From positions 4,112,409 through 4,176,408 of the forward strand of contig MU059829.1 in assembly GCA_013265495.1 (NCBI GenBank): 64,000 nucleotides of DNA, written 5' to 3'. Positions 24,076 through 37,452 of this stretch are shown here, one piece after another (positions within the stretch are counted from its first letter, which is position 1; each line of letters starts with the position of its first letter). A program made the position numbers and the translations under genes. The DNA comes from Vicugna vicugna. Taxonomy: Eukaryota. The notes under the pieces are model-generated. The model made no database searches. It was not told the origin of the DNA and was given only the letters and a program-made list of their open reading frames with translations.

Positions 24076-26669
24076 CTTTATTTTATGAAGAAAGACATGT
24101 GAGAATATTGACAATTAGGAAATGGCCTGTTAGAATTCACATTAGAAAGAGGGCATAGGGAGAAAGAGGGAAGAAAATGGGACACTTCTAAACACTGTGA
24201 GGACTTCCTGGGTTCTGAGTGCAGGTCTGGGGGTGGTCAGGTAAGTCAGACCGGCTCCCAGGCGGCTTTTGTTTGCGGGGTTGGCGCATCCCTGGCAGAA
24301 TGGGCTCTGACAGCAGACGAGAGGCTGGTTTTGATGAGGACACAGTGTGGTGGGACACTGTCCCTAATGCATCACACACCAGGCGCTCATCCTGCACGGA
24401 GCACGTGGCTCCTGCCAACACCCCTTTTCCTCCTGGGCAAACATTTACCCTGGGCAGCAAACGACAGGGACGGGATGCCTGACACTGCGTCCCCGCGTGT
24501 GGCTCACAGCATCCTGGGCTGATGCAGAGCGTGCGCCCCTTCCCACCCACCCTCCTGTGGTCCTCCCCCAACACGTGGGGGGAATTCAGTATCATGGGCT
24601 GCAGCGGCTCTGTCCTCGGCTCCCAGGGGACCTGGCGTCCTTGGCTTTCCCGGCAGGCCAATGCCATTAGCAGCTGCAGGACATCCGGGTGGCAGCTTTC
24701 TGTCTAGTGAGCAGGCTTCGTGAAGGGCCGCTCCTGGAGCCTCGCGGAGCGTCTGTTCAGTGATGTGCACTCTCCCTTTCACCACGAGAAGCATGCAAAT
24801 TCAAAGTGAGCTCCCCTCCTGCCTCCTGATCCATGGGGCGTCACACATGCCATGCAGAGATGCAGGGAATCCCTGTGTGTGTCTCTGAGTCCCCGTGGCT
24901 GTAAGTGTCCTCTGACGTCCGGGGACCCTCAGGGCACACACCTGGGGTCTCAGTCACCTGGGTGTCCCCCCAGGGCCAAGCCCACTCATGCCTGAATGAA
25001 GGGGCGGGAAGGTCGCTCTGACACGGGGCTCTGTGCCTGGGGACAGTGGAGGGTCTCATCTGCCCGCCTGCAGGCCGTGGGCCAGAAGGTGCTGCCCAAG
25101 GTGGCCTTGGTCCCCTCAGTAGGACTGGATTTCCTGACTCCGCTTGTGAGGGAGTTCACTGTAGAAAACCGGTCACTGCACAGCCGCTCTCCATCCCTTC
25201 GATATGTATGTCAGTCTCTTCAGAAGCCTCCTGCCACCTTCACAGCCCAGGACTGTCTCTCGAGGACCTGGGAGGGAGCCGTCCCCCTGAAATGTCATCC
25301 TCGAGGGAGGTGGAGCTCCAAGTTGCAAACCCACGGGCAGCTGTGAAGGTGAGAGGAAGTTCAATAGCCCGCTGGGTAAGGCTGGTTGCCAGCCCAGCCC
25401 CTCCGCCGCCACCCCCCCGGTCCCCGCAGAGACAAGCTCAGTTCTCTCCCCGAGCTTGAAGCCCTCCTCCCCGCCACACTGGCCAGCGCGGTGCCGGCTC
25501 TGACACAGGCGCTCACGTGCAGGGACGAACGACTCCAGGGGCAGTGCTGGGGTCAGCACGGCACTGAGGAAATTCAGCTCAGAGACGTTCACTCCAGGCT
25601 GGAGCCAAGCCCCTCTGGGGCCCGGGGCTTTCTAACAGGATGGGCAGCCTCGGTCCGGAGAGGCTGCCAACGCCAGGACCCCTGGGTCACAACCCTCTCT
25701 GATCTCCTGTGATGGCAGGTGGTTGGTTTGTCTCTGTGAAATGAGGCATCGCTGGTGCTAGAAGACTGGGGTGGGCGAGACAGGGCTCCTGCGTCCCCCT
25801 CACTCCACCTGCCAGTTGGGAGTCAGAGAACGTGATGCAAGGGGCCAGGGACCACTGTCCTGAGGAGGGCGGTGGTCTTTCTCGCCGGCCTGGGCGCACC
25901 TGTTCCTTCACCAGAATCTCCCTTCCTTTCTTTAAAGGGAAGGTGAAAACTTCCAGGCTGGCAGCCAACTCTTCCTGCAGATGGAGTTCGTTTGCCAAAT
26001 CGTGAGTCCCTGTATTTTTTTTCCCCACAAATTACTTGCCAACATCTAAAATGAGGAGGTTTCCGACAGAAAGCAGATTTTTGGCTTCTCTTTAAAGCTC
26101 AGGGGCTCCCACAAGGCCTGAGTCAGAGTCACGGCGGGGCTGGCAGGGCAGAGTCTGCGGGCGAGGTGCTCCCTCCCCGGGGCCGTCCCGGGGGCTGCCC
26201 GCCAGGCCCAGAGCGCTCGGGGTCGCCACCCCTCCGTGCAAAAGGGCAACACAATAGAGACAGACTTGAGAAATGGGAGGGAAGAGGGAAAGGCCAGGGA
26301 AACCACCCATCCACCTCGGGTTTCACACTAAATTACCTCAGAGAAATTCTGAAAATCACGAGGTCATGTTTCTTAACCTGGAATGAAAATCACTGAAGGG
26401 AGTCACTGCTGCTCCGCGAGTTAAAGCACGCATGAAGAGACCGGATTCTCTCAGCGCTCGGGTCGCCGGTGACTCTCATGGGGAGGGAGCCCCTCCCCTT
26501 GGTAACTGGGTGAAAGACACTTGTCACTGTCACTAGTGTGGAAACCACGGCTTACGGGAACTGGACGAGAAATGGGGGAAATGAGGAAATAACTGAGGTC
26601 TGACGGAGCAGCCCACCTGCACCAGGCACCTGGCCACCGCCTCGTGTGTAAGGAGCCCGGGCACCACGG

Positions 26670-26750
26670 CCTGCACCTGCGACGCAGGAAACCTGAGGCT
26701 CGGAGAGGTCATGGTTAGAGACAGAGGTCGGGTCCAGATCCCGCGCACCT
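26670..26750 (+). mobile_element. MIR fragment
   Basis: gcaggaaacctgaggctcggagaggtcatggttagagacagaggtcgggtccagatccc resembles the MIR core. Confidence 0.4.
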
Positions 26751-27679
26751 CCCCACCTCGCCCACCCGGCCCGGGCTCGCCAAGGACCCGTACATCCCAC
26801 ACCAGGGAGATGCCAGCTGGTCTCAGGATGGCCCCGGGGAGTCGGCGGTGCTGCTCTCTGGCTCCGGCGGGATCACTGTCATAAATCTTGCCTAGAGAGT
26901 CCCTGGGGCAGGAGCAGCGAGGGTCACTTTAACTTGTCTGTTCCGTTAATAGTGCCAACCTGGGTTCTGGCCCCGAGCAGAAGCGGCCACGCGCGGTGCT
27001 TAAAGGGAAAGGATCAGAGAAGAGTTTCCTCCTGCTCTTAGGACGGGAGTTCAATCTGCTGACGCTTTTTGGTAATCGCACGTCTCCTCTGTAAGACACA
27101 GCAAGTGTGTCTGGAACACACGTGACCGAGAAGGAGTGTGAGTGCCATGGTTTCGTGTCTGGTGGGACCAGGCGGCCACTTGGAAAGTAAGAGGGTCATG
27201 ACCAGGAACTGACTCTGCAGCCAGGAGGCGGCTCAGACCTCAGCCTCCAGACAGGGCGGCACCGGGGCCATCGTGGGGCATGGCTCGTGGCCCTGGGAGC
27301 GTGGGTGTCCCCATGGGAGGACACGGAGGCTCCATGGTCCAGGGCTTCGAGATTGACGCAACTGTCGCCCCCCCAAAGGAAGGAAACCGGGAGTCTCAAG
27401 GGTTTGGTAAACTACCCTTGGGGGACAATCCAAACAGGAGAAGGTCATCGAGACACAGGAAGACTGGGCAGACATCACCGTCAGGAGCAGAGCAAGGAGG
27501 GGGTAAGGACACTGGACTGATGCCCGCCCTCGGCTTCTCTCCAAGTTCTCGGCCAAGGAGCTGCCCAGCGGCCTCCTGCCACCCGCCAGCCGACGTCACG
27601 GTCACACCTTCCCTCCAGCACAAGCCTCCAGCAACACCCCCACCTGCCTCTGCTCTTCCTGCTTCATTGCGTTCAGAAC

Positions 27680-27930
27680 CTTGGCTCCTTCCTCCTGACC
27701 TCTTACTGTCGGGTGGCCCAGGCCATGTCCTTGGTCCACTCAGCCCCATGATCTTTCTCCATCTCCCAGGTTTTCCTGTGTGAACCAGACGCTGGAGACT
27801 TCCAGGTGGAGTGTCTGCACAGGTTCACTTACATGCCTAGCTGCCTGCCAGGTATCTCCATGTGGATGTCCGGAAACGTCCAAACCTGACAGATGAACTT
27901 GAACCCCAGTCTCTCCCCCAGGAATGGCAG
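27680..27930 (+). mobile_element. L2 LINE fragment
   Basis: cctagctgcctgccaggtatctccatgtggatgtccggaaacgtccaaacctgacagatgaacttg matches the L2 segment ccaactgcctacttgacatctccacttggatgtctaataggcatctcaaacttaacatgtcc. Confidence 0.6.
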
Positions 27931-28218
27931 AAAATGGCAGCTCCAGAAATGAGCATTTTCCAGGTCTCCACATAGGTGGGACCCGTGCCCCTCAGGCTGC
28001 AGGCATCACCCTCCTATGACACAAGTGGGGCCATGATGCGTCTCTGTCCTCTGTCTCACTAAAGGCCCCATTTACTTTTCTGTGGCCCCCACCTCACCCA
28101 CTGGAACATCAGCTCCATGGGCAGGGCTGTCAGAACGTCCAGACAGATCCCAGCACTTACAGATGTCCCTGACCCAAAGGAGGCATGGGATGAGTGCTCG
28201 CGGAACCCCTCAATCTGA

Positions 28219-28420
28219 GTGTCTGTGTGCGTGTGTGTGCGTGTGTGTGCGTGTGGGCGGGCTTTTGTGTGCGTGTGCACACACACGTGTATCCTTGTAC
28301 ATGTAGGTTTGCATGCGTGCATGTACGTGTGCATGTGTGCGTGTACATGTGAATGAGTGTGCATGTATGTGGCTATGCGTGTGTGTAAATGTGTGGGTGT
28401 GTGTATCCGTGTGTGCGTGG
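28219..28420. repeat. Degenerate (TG/CG/CA)n low-complexity repeat
   Basis: About 200 bp of mostly alternating purine-pyrimidine sequence (gtgtgtgcgtgtgtgtgcgt...). Confidence 0.9.
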
Positions 28421-30799
28421 TGAGCAGGCTGCTGGAACACACCTGCTGACCCCATCAGTGCAGACGTGGTGACCACCGGGCCGGTGTGCTCTTCTGGGTG
28501 GGCGATCAGCCTGAGGTACGTGTGAATGAAGCCGGGGAGTTCAGTCATCCTGACTTCCTTCCTGGGACACACCAGCCTGCTCAGGGCCCCTCCCCGCACT
28601 CCATCCCTCACCCGCCCAGCATAGGCTCCATGAACCGCACAGAGAGGCCTTTACTCGCCTGCATGGGTCCATGTGCCATCCTGTCAAAGTGCACTCAGGG
28701 CCCGGGAAGCAGCACCAGGTTCCTGCTTTGCCACAAGATGACAGTGACAAACGTGAGTGTGAAATTACATCCCCTTTGAAAGCCGCCCGCAGGATTTCAG
28801 CACATGTCGTCAATGCCCTTGAATGAAGACATGAAAGGAGGCAAGGGGCTGTCCCTCCCTCGTTGGTTCTCTCTAAACCCAGGGTGCTGGGGGGCCTCAC
28901 ACACAGAGCCGTGGGTGGGCGGAGCAGCCCTGGGGACTCGCTGATTAAGCAGACTGAGGCGTGTGCAGATCACTCACCAGCCACAGTGGCAAAACACAAA
29001 GGCGTTTTCAGTGACAGACTGGGGGCAGGGGGGCGCTTTATTTCCATCCAGCAAAGCTAGGCACTGACACAAAACCGCAGGGAGAAAGGCATGAGGTCTG
29101 TCTGTTTCCAGCCACAACAAGAGGGGATGAGAGCAGTGTCCTCAGTGTCAACAGGTCAGGTTGGATGAGAAACATGCAGCTGTGAGAATGGCAAGCTTGC
29201 ACTCGGCCCGGGGACAGCCCCCTGGTGGCTCTGGCAACACTACGGGGCACCTGATGGTGACGTCCCTGGAGTCGGATGCCAGGCTCCAGAGCGGCCACTG
29301 ACAGCTGCACAAGGGGCTCTGTCTGAGTGGCCGTGCTGGGGCCCATCCCTGCCTGGACTCGGGTGTCCCCACCGCCCAGCCCGCAGCTCCAAGCTCCACC
29401 TGAGCCCACTTTCCTGGGCTGCACCTGTTTTTATGTGGCATTAAGAAAAGGCCAGGGAAACACCCTCCCCTGGGAAGCCCAGGACGGCGCAGGCCTGCGT
29501 CCCCTCCTGGGTCCACGCCTGTACCCCGGCTCCTCCCGCAGGTGCAGAGGCCCCAGGTCACCTCGGGAGCTGGGCCGCAGCACAGACAGAGTGCAGTCCA
29601 GAGTCAAGGAGACCTGTCCCCAGGGACCTCTGAGCTGCAAGTCCCCGAAACCTGCTCCCACAGTTTCAGATTTTGCTTTTTCCTGTTGGTATTCTGAACT
29701 TAATGTGGTTTCAAAACCCAGAAAAGAGAGGTTTTGTCTTACTGCCGCGAACATCCGACTGTCTTTGTGAGGCTGGCAGATAAATGTTACCACCCACACA
29801 AACAGGGCAGCTGACTCCCGGTGTCTTGTCCCTGCTGAGCAGACGTGTCGGGGGGCCCCGAGGGTGTTGGCCTATGGTCAGCAAGCCGCAGGGGCAGTAG
29901 ACGACATGGGGCCCCGTAAACGTCCAGCAGGGCTACCCCGTTCCAGGTGTGTAGCGTCTGGTGACCAGGCGAAGACAGATGATGCTGCCCCGGCCATCCA
30001 GGGGTCTGCAGGTGGGTTTAGGGTTGGGGGAGACCAAGGGAGATAATACAAACCCCCAGACGAGGGCCTGGGGTGACATTCCTCCCCCGCGTTCTGGGAG
30101 GGCGCGCACACGACCTGCGGCCGGTGTGGGCACGAACCCACAGCCACAGTCTGGCACCCGGTGACCCTGGAGTGGAAGTGAGGAATGGGCCTGGGGGTGG
30201 CGCGGCCCAGTGCGGGGAGGGGCCGGGACCCGCAGAGCCGTCAGGGGGCTTGTCCCAGCACACAGGTCCAGGGCGGGGAGCTGCCAGTCCATTAAGCACT
30301 GTTTTTGAATAACAAGTTTTTTCATTTTAAAATACGAACACTTGCTTAGACAGAGAAAAGCAATATCCTACAATCGCCACCCAGAGCCATGCCGTTTGGC
30401 CCTCGTCACCAGGACACAGGTCCTCCACCGCACGCCTTCCCGCACAGACGTGACCCCCCGGCCGTGCAGCGGCCGGCGTGCTTTCCCCACTCCAGACGTG
30501 AACGTGCCCGCTCTTGTCCCTCACGACCACCTGCAACTGCCTCCACTGGCCGCACCACGGTTTGTTATGTAAACGTTTTCTTTTACTGAAAGAGCCTCCC
30601 GAGAGACGCTGAACATCCAAGGAATTTTCAACTTTTCACGCTAAGAGAAGGTCCTTTCCAGTGACGATCTAGAACCAGAATTTTGGGGTCAAAGAAAATG
30701 AACATTTTCAAGGCTTCAGATGCCGTTCCCTCCAAGGCCGCGTCTGAGTGTCCCCTCACACGCTGTGGTGGCCGCTGCCATTAAAAGTTAACACCACGG

Positions 30800-31150
30800 C
30801 GAGCAGGGCACTCCGCTCTGCAAGTTCTGCTCTCAGTCTCCGCTTACTCCGTCTCTACTCGCACGGGGGCTCTCTCCGGGGCTCTGTGCTGCGCGGCGTG
30901 ACCATTCTCTCCGTCGGTGACTTCTCCCTCGAGGGACACTGCCTCGTATTTCCCATGTCGATTTGAGATCTCTTTTCCTATATTAAAATTTTTGTGTCAA
31001 CATGTTGCAAATATTTTCCTGCTGTGTTTCTGCCTTTAATTCTGTTCGTGATTATTTTTGACCGGGAGGAACCTGACTCTTCAGTTATTATCTGCTCTCA
31101 TTGCTACCCCTGCTCAGTTTCATGCCTAGAAAGGCTTCCACCCAGGAACC
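30800..31150 (-). mobile_element. Ancient L1 (L1ME-type) fragment
   Basis: gaccattctctccgtcgg ... gtcaacatgttgcaaatattttcc...tttaattctgttcgtg...atgcctagaaaggcttcc resembles the antisense L1ME 3' region. Confidence 0.55.
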
Positions 31151-33685
31151 GCTTCAGCTTCCCCTCGTACCTCTGTTGACATGTGCTCATGAAAACCTGC
31201 AACATACGTCAGAGACGGGAGGCAAATGCAGAATGTCCCCATCTGGCCCCACCTGACCACCCGAGCAGGTGCGTGGGGCCACTGGTCACTGGGGCTGTAC
31301 GTCCTCCTCCATCGCCTGTGACAGGTGGTCACCGGGCAGCATCATGGTGACCATGGCACAGCAGACAAGCTGGGGTTGGGAAGCCGTCCCCTAAATGCAG
31401 TCGCCATCCGCCTCCCGGCGATTTCCACGTGTTGGGATGGGTTCCAAGGAACACCAGGCTCTTTCCCCGCCGGGAGGTTGGCGTGGGAGACAGAGCACCA
31501 CTTCTGCTGTGATCCCGAGACCCCGCACTTGGAATCTCGGCCCCTCCTCTCCTGCTGTCCCCGGGATACGCTTGCCCCTCCCATGGGATTCGTCCTGGGG
31601 GACGGGTGGACGGACAGCCCTCGTTTTCCACCTGTGAGTCCTCCAGGAGAAAACGCCCAGAGCGACCCCGCGAGCTGGGTCAGCGGCCCTCGTTCCCTGG
31701 CACCGCCGGCTTCTCGGGGACGCCGCTGGGACCCATGAAGCCTGTGCACAGGCAGGAGTGCCGACCGGGGAGCTCTGCTGAGCACTCCCAGCGTCACAGA
31801 GACGGGCGATTTACGAAGGCAAAGCTCAGCTACCATTTGGCTCCAAAGTCTTCCTGCTCAAGAACCAGCTACCAAAGTCATGTGCCCGTGGAAAAGAAAA
31901 GCCGCCACGAGAATTAAGCAGAGCTCTCCTGGAAAGCGTGGGTGGATGTAAGAAAACGGAATTTTTTGGAACAAAAAGGAAAATACTTGAAAACTTATTT
32001 GGCATGTACCCCTGGATGTCACAGTGTCTACACAGAAGGCGTTCGGACTCTCCCATCTACACCTCAAACACGGCAATGTGACACTTTGTGCAGCTTCCCA
32101 TGAATATACGTTTTGTCACTGAATCATGAGATCCTGGAGAAAAAAAGAAAAGGCTTTACATTTTCTCTGTTATCAAAACTCCTACAGAATTCCCACCAGC
32201 GGTGCTGAGAGATCAGCTTCCACGTTTTTTAAAGCGACTGTGCCGATGGGAGCCCAGGGGTGGGAAGACGGCTCTGGGCTCAGACCCCCGTCTGCAGCAG
32301 GCGGCGGCACGTCACGTAAACCCCCTCCGAGACCCGGGGCTCTCGGCCACTGAACGAGGAGATGACGTCCCCTCTGAAGGCCACTCCAAGCACGAAAGGA
32401 GATGACGCAGGTGAAGCCACCCCTGCAGTCTCCACACCAGTGCGAGGACACACTGCACCCGCCGGTTCTCCTGAGGGCCACCTCTGTCCTCATGAGGCTC
32501 AGCTCAGGGAAGGAGCCGCGTTCAGACTCGACCGTCCCGAGAGCCCTCGCACCCCCCATTTCTGCTCTGACCACTATGTTTCCTCGGGTCACTGACCAGA
32601 CGGTTCCCGCAATGTGCACCCTGCGAGGCCAGCACAGCCCTGCACACCAGACCCCCCACCACAGACACACACCCTGGGGCACAGGCGGGTGCCTGGTCCT
32701 CTGGTCCCCTCCCTCCTGCCCTGGACCCTGCCTCCTGCACGTCAGATTCTCACAGTTCCCTTCCTCTCCGGGAGGCCCCGCGGGGAACCTGATGTTTTGT
32801 GTCATGTTTGATTATCAGGAATACCTGGCCTTCTTTCCTCTTTCTCTTTCAGTTTATATTTTTTCTGAGCCATTCTTTATTTTTGCCACCTAAGCATTCT
32901 GAATCCTGTAGCAAATCCAGGACACCACGCCCGTCCGTAGCACGCGGACAGGTCACTCACGACACGTCATCGTGCATCTGCTGCGCTCCCGGCTCCACGG
33001 TGCCCAGCACAAAACCGGAGGGGCAGAGAGCTCACCCCTGCGCAGCAGCTCGCAGCCCGACTCTCCTAGTCCCTCCCCTACTCTCTGTCTGCACGGCTTC
33101 TCTGTCTATCTGAAATGCTTCATTGTGCCCTAACAAATTCTCTTCGGAACGAGGCAGGGCTCACTCACACCTGACGTGTGCTGGGCTCCCCGCACGTCCC
33201 CGAGCCCCTTCCAGGGTCGCTCCTGGCTCTTCCCCCGTCTGTCAGACACCTGCTCGCCCGTCAGGACCAGCTCAGGAGCCCCTTCCTGGTGGAGCCCCCC
33301 TGCTCTGGGTCCCTAGGGCGGCTGGCACGTTGCTCTGTGAGGTCACGTCTACGCTGCGATGTAAGGATTACTTACCACCTTTTCTCCAGAGAAGAAACTG
33401 CTTCCGGATAAGAAGAATCAGAAGGTCACCCTGTTCTACACCTGCGTCCTCATGCCTGACAAGCCAGAGGCTCCCTGGGCGAGGGTCCCATCCACGGACA
33501 AGTCACCCGAGGTCCCCAGGCCTGACTGTCCCTTCAGGTTCGCCCTGGATGTGCAGACAGCCCAGCACCAGCCGGCACGGACCTAGGACGCCTGCGTTTT
33601 CAAAGGCTGACTGAAGCCCCTGCGAGGTCTGGGTCCTGGGGCTCCATCGGATGAGGGTGTGGCAAACTGACTCAGCAGGACAAAC

Positions 33686-33885
33686 GGGGGAAGCTGAGGG
33701 GACAGGAGAGATGGGGGGACAAGAGGTCAGAAGGGGATAGGAGGGGACAGGAGAGATGGGGACAGGGGAGATGGGGGACAGGAAGGACGGGGGACAGGAG
33801 GGACAAGAGGCGATGGGGTACAGGGGGACAGCAGGGATGGAGGGACAGGGGACAGGAGCAGATAGAACCAGAGGGGACAGACAAG
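33686..33885. repeat. Purine-rich GGGGACAG-core degenerate minisatellite
   Basis: More than ten ggggaca(g/a) cores interspersed with gagagat/agga. Confidence 0.85.
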
Positions 33886-36183
33886 CCAGAAGGGCGGGCG
33901 GCTCCCGGGGCGACCTGGGTGCCCTCGCCTCCTCCTCGGCCGTCGGCACATCCACCCCGGCTCCCGGATGGTCAGGAAGCAGCCGCAGCAGACCCGTGGC
34001 TGCACGAGGCCCGAGGCGAGGCTGCTGTGGGAACCCCCACCGAGGAGGAGGCCAGAACGCCGAGCCGCAGGCCCAGGCTGCCCAGCAGGTCCGACGTGCG
34101 GTCTACAGCTCGCTCTCCCCTGCGTCTCTGCGTCGGGAGCAGAGCCGGAGGGGAAAGCCCACCTCCCAGGCATCAAGTCTGCACGGCTTCTAAACTGGAA
34201 GCTGCCTCCTGGACTTACCGGTGGCTTCGGAACAAGAAAGCAAAAGTGAGAAACCCGCAGCGCGCCACCTCACACGCGCCTGGAGAAAAGGCACCGAGCC
34301 CTTCAAAGTCCGCACCGTTCGGACGCGGGCTGTGCGGCGGCGTCTGGGGGTCGAGGAGACGCAGACCAGCGCAGGGAAGGGCCCCCTCAGGCGGCAGCGG
34401 CCCCGCCGGCCAATCCTGAGCGCGGGGACCGCCGAAGCCTCGCCGGCGGGCTTGCGGCTGCACAGCGCCGACCCGCACTGCCATCAGACTTGTCCTTTGC
34501 TCTCAACTCGTGGCTTGCAAGGCAGCCAGTGACAACTTCCAGAACGGCACCGAGGAGCCATCTGCCCGATCCTGGCTTCCCGGACACCCCACCCCCCGGA
34601 CACAGCAGGGGCTCTGGGCGCAGGCGTCTCCCGGCTTGTTGAGTCTGCGGTGTCTTCGTGGAACCTCCTCCACCAGCAGAACAGGCAGCCTCTGCCCCGT
34701 CCCTTCCCCCCGACACAGCCGCGTGCCCAGGGCCAGGGCAGCGGGCAGGAAGATGCCCAGAGCTGCATCTCTGTGCCCCCTCCCCCACGCTGCTGTCACA
34801 GTCCGGGGTAGGACAGCCCACCACCCCAGCCTGACCCATGCAGGACATCCCTGGTGTCACGCGGCGGCGGCAGGCAGGTTTCATCTGGAGCTGCACTGAC
34901 CCCAAGTCCCAGGAGTGCAGGTTCAGAGCCTCCCCGGTGCTGGGGCCACCCCTCCTGACCGCATAGCCTTGCTCCCCACGTGACACCAGCCCCCCGGACG
35001 TTCCTGTGACGCGGGTCACGTGGACGACACCCTCCCGGCCCGAACAGGGACTTTGGGAGCAGTCCGGCCTGCGCCTGCGCACTCTGTATCTCAGGCAGCC
35101 ACATCTGTCTGCCCGGCCAGATAGGCTTTTACTCCAAGTCCAGTCGAGCGACCACCCCACCTCCTCCTGGGTCTGCGTCCGGAGCACCTCCTCCTGGGTG
35201 GGGAGCAGGTGCAGGGAGACGCCCCCGGCCCAGTCTGTGCACAGCGTGGGCCACTGCTTCAGGGGGGCCACAGTGCCCCTGGCCCCCCACGGCCCCTCCA
35301 CCTGAAGGGGCCCGCGGCTCAGTCAGGCCGTCTGTCCTTCTCACTCCGGCTGTGGGAGGGGTCCTGGGCGCCTCCCCGAGGCCCCACCCAGGGCAGGCCT
35401 CTCTGCCCCTTCCCCAGAGCCACCTCCCTCCTGGAGTCCCTCGTCCCCAGCAGGACCTCGGGTGAAGGACCACCGCTCCCTGTGAGCTCCGAGCCCCAGG
35501 AGGCCGGGGCCGAGCGGCTCCGCTGTGCCCTCGGGACCTCCTGGATGCGCCGTTTGCTCAGTATCGGGGTGTGAATGCTCGGCCAGGCCTGGGGCACGGG
35601 AGTCGCGCAGGAATCTGGCCTGCAACTCGCGCACCCTCCCGCCCCCGCGAGCTCCGCGGCCCCGGGGTCCGCACGGGACTGCATCGCTCTGTTGCAGCGG
35701 ACGCTCGTTATTTACTCAAAGTCTGCGGGAAGTACAGACAGCTTAGCCGTGCACTGAGATGCCCACACAGGCACCACGGGAAAGTTAAACACAATGCTGG
35801 TATCAGCGGCCCCTTTTGGGAAACTCTGTGCTTGCAGAAGTGACTCTGGGGCACAAAAATCCAGATGATTGCTGTCACGTGGCCTGTGTTTAAAAATACC
35901 CTCACCATCTGCGTGGAAATAAACTGATCGCTCAGCTTCTCCGAGAGCTGTGGCCGGCGCTCACTCACCAGTGTGGCCAAAGGCCGGAGCTGGGCGTCCC
36001 ACCTGGTACCACCAGGGAGGCCCACGGCCTGAGCACTGCCGCCAGCTCACGTGGACGCCCAGCGAGCCAGGTGGGGACCCGAGCCTGGGCAAGCTGGACG
36101 GTCCCTCCCAGCTGCAGACTCCCTGCCCACCCGGCTTAAACGGTCCCTGAGTGTGTCTCTCACTGAGTCATTTTGTTTCGTGA

Positions 36184-36230
36184 GTGTGCGCATGCGCATG
36201 CACGTGTACACACGCACGTATGTGTGTGCA
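36184..36230. repeat. 47-bp perfectly alternating purine/pyrimidine tract containing an NRF1 palindrome
   Basis: gtgtgcgcatgcgcatgcacgtgtacacacgcacgtatgtgtgtgca, with TGCGCATGCGCA at 36187-36198. Confidence 0.85.
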
Positions 36231-37452
36231 GATACACATTTGCTCCCCACTGGAACGCGAGCCTCGAGGCATCAGAGACATCTGTCTCCTGCCCCCCTCC
36301 CTGCAGGGCTGGCACAGGTGAGGACTTGCTGAATGAATGGTGACCCCCTTCCCTGGCGCAGAGATGAGAGCTGCGAGAATCCACCCCCTTACTGGGCTTC
36401 CCCGCGTCTCAACCAGGAAGGCGACGCCACCCTGCCCCGAGGACGAGGAAGCTGATGTGCCCCCGAAAGGTCGTCTGTGCCCCTTTACTCTTTGGGGTAT
36501 GAACCCACCTGCCGACACATTTCCAGGCCCAGCACAGCATCCCGGTCCTGCAGCTCATGTGCACGTCCACGTCCACACACAGTGTTCGACGGGCTCTCGG
36601 TTCAGGCCAGACTGCAGGTGCGCTCAGAGCCTCAGGGAAGGCAGGGACCGTGGGGGCTGGAGGCTGAACGGGCCTCGCGGGCTCTGTGGAGCCAGGAAGG
36701 TGCAGGAGCAGCGGGAAGGAGGAGGCTTCCGGGCGTTTATGAGAAGCTGCCATAGGGAAAAAGGGCACAGGACGGGGGGCGGCCACGGACCAGCACCGGG
36801 TGGCGTGAGTGCAGCTGGCTGGGAGCCGTGGGCCCCCGTCCCTCCGGTTCCCTGCGTCCTTGCAACGTGCCGGGAGGTGGTGCGAGATTCCCGAACACTC
36901 CGTGACTTGTCTTCTTAGACAGGGGCCCGGTCTGGTTACGAGGAACAAGACCCCGCTCTTCCAGGAGCCCTGCCTCCGCGCAGGAGCAGGAGGAGCAGGA
37001 CCCAGGAGGCTGCCCCCTTCTCGCCCGGAGACGCTGCAGAGCCAGCTCGGGACCCGGGAACCTGCACTCGACACCACTGCGGGGGGTGGGCGCTGCTTCC
37101 GGGCGGTCAGTCTGGGGCTCTCTCTGGCGACGCCAGGAGGCGCGTCCCGCCCCTGCGCAGCGGTTCTCCAGCCCCAGCTGCTCCGTCCCCAGCCCGGGCG
37201 GGCCTGTGCCAGCTGCGGTTTTACCGCTGGCCTCCTTCCCCAGGCCCTGACTCCTTGCTTGGCTATTAACAGTCAGATTGTAGAAGCTCCCACAGCCGTG
37301 ATGGCCCTGAGCTGCTCAGGTGAGGGTGAGGCTGTGCTCCGGGGGCGAATTCCCACCAGCTCTGGCCTGGAAGTCAAGGGGAGGCCCAGGGCCCTCGGGT
37401 GAGGGTGCGGCTCAGAGTGCGTATCCTCTGCAGGGTGGACGCACATGTGGGC

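Noticed and set aside
24238-24246. Perfect donor CAG|GTAAGT
   Set aside because: A single 9-mer is expected by chance in 64 kb, and I found no convincing partner acceptor.
28059-28611. His/Thr-rich ORFs
   Set aside because: These are translations of the (CA/TG) low-complexity repeat.
33503-34193. Pro/Ser-rich and Gly-rich ORFs
   Set aside because: These are translations of the GGGGACAG minisatellite.
34387-35301. Longest ORF (304 aa, minus strand)
   Set aside because: G/R/P/A/C-rich with no recognisable domain and overlapping ORFs in other frames. Typical stop-poor GC-rich noncoding DNA.
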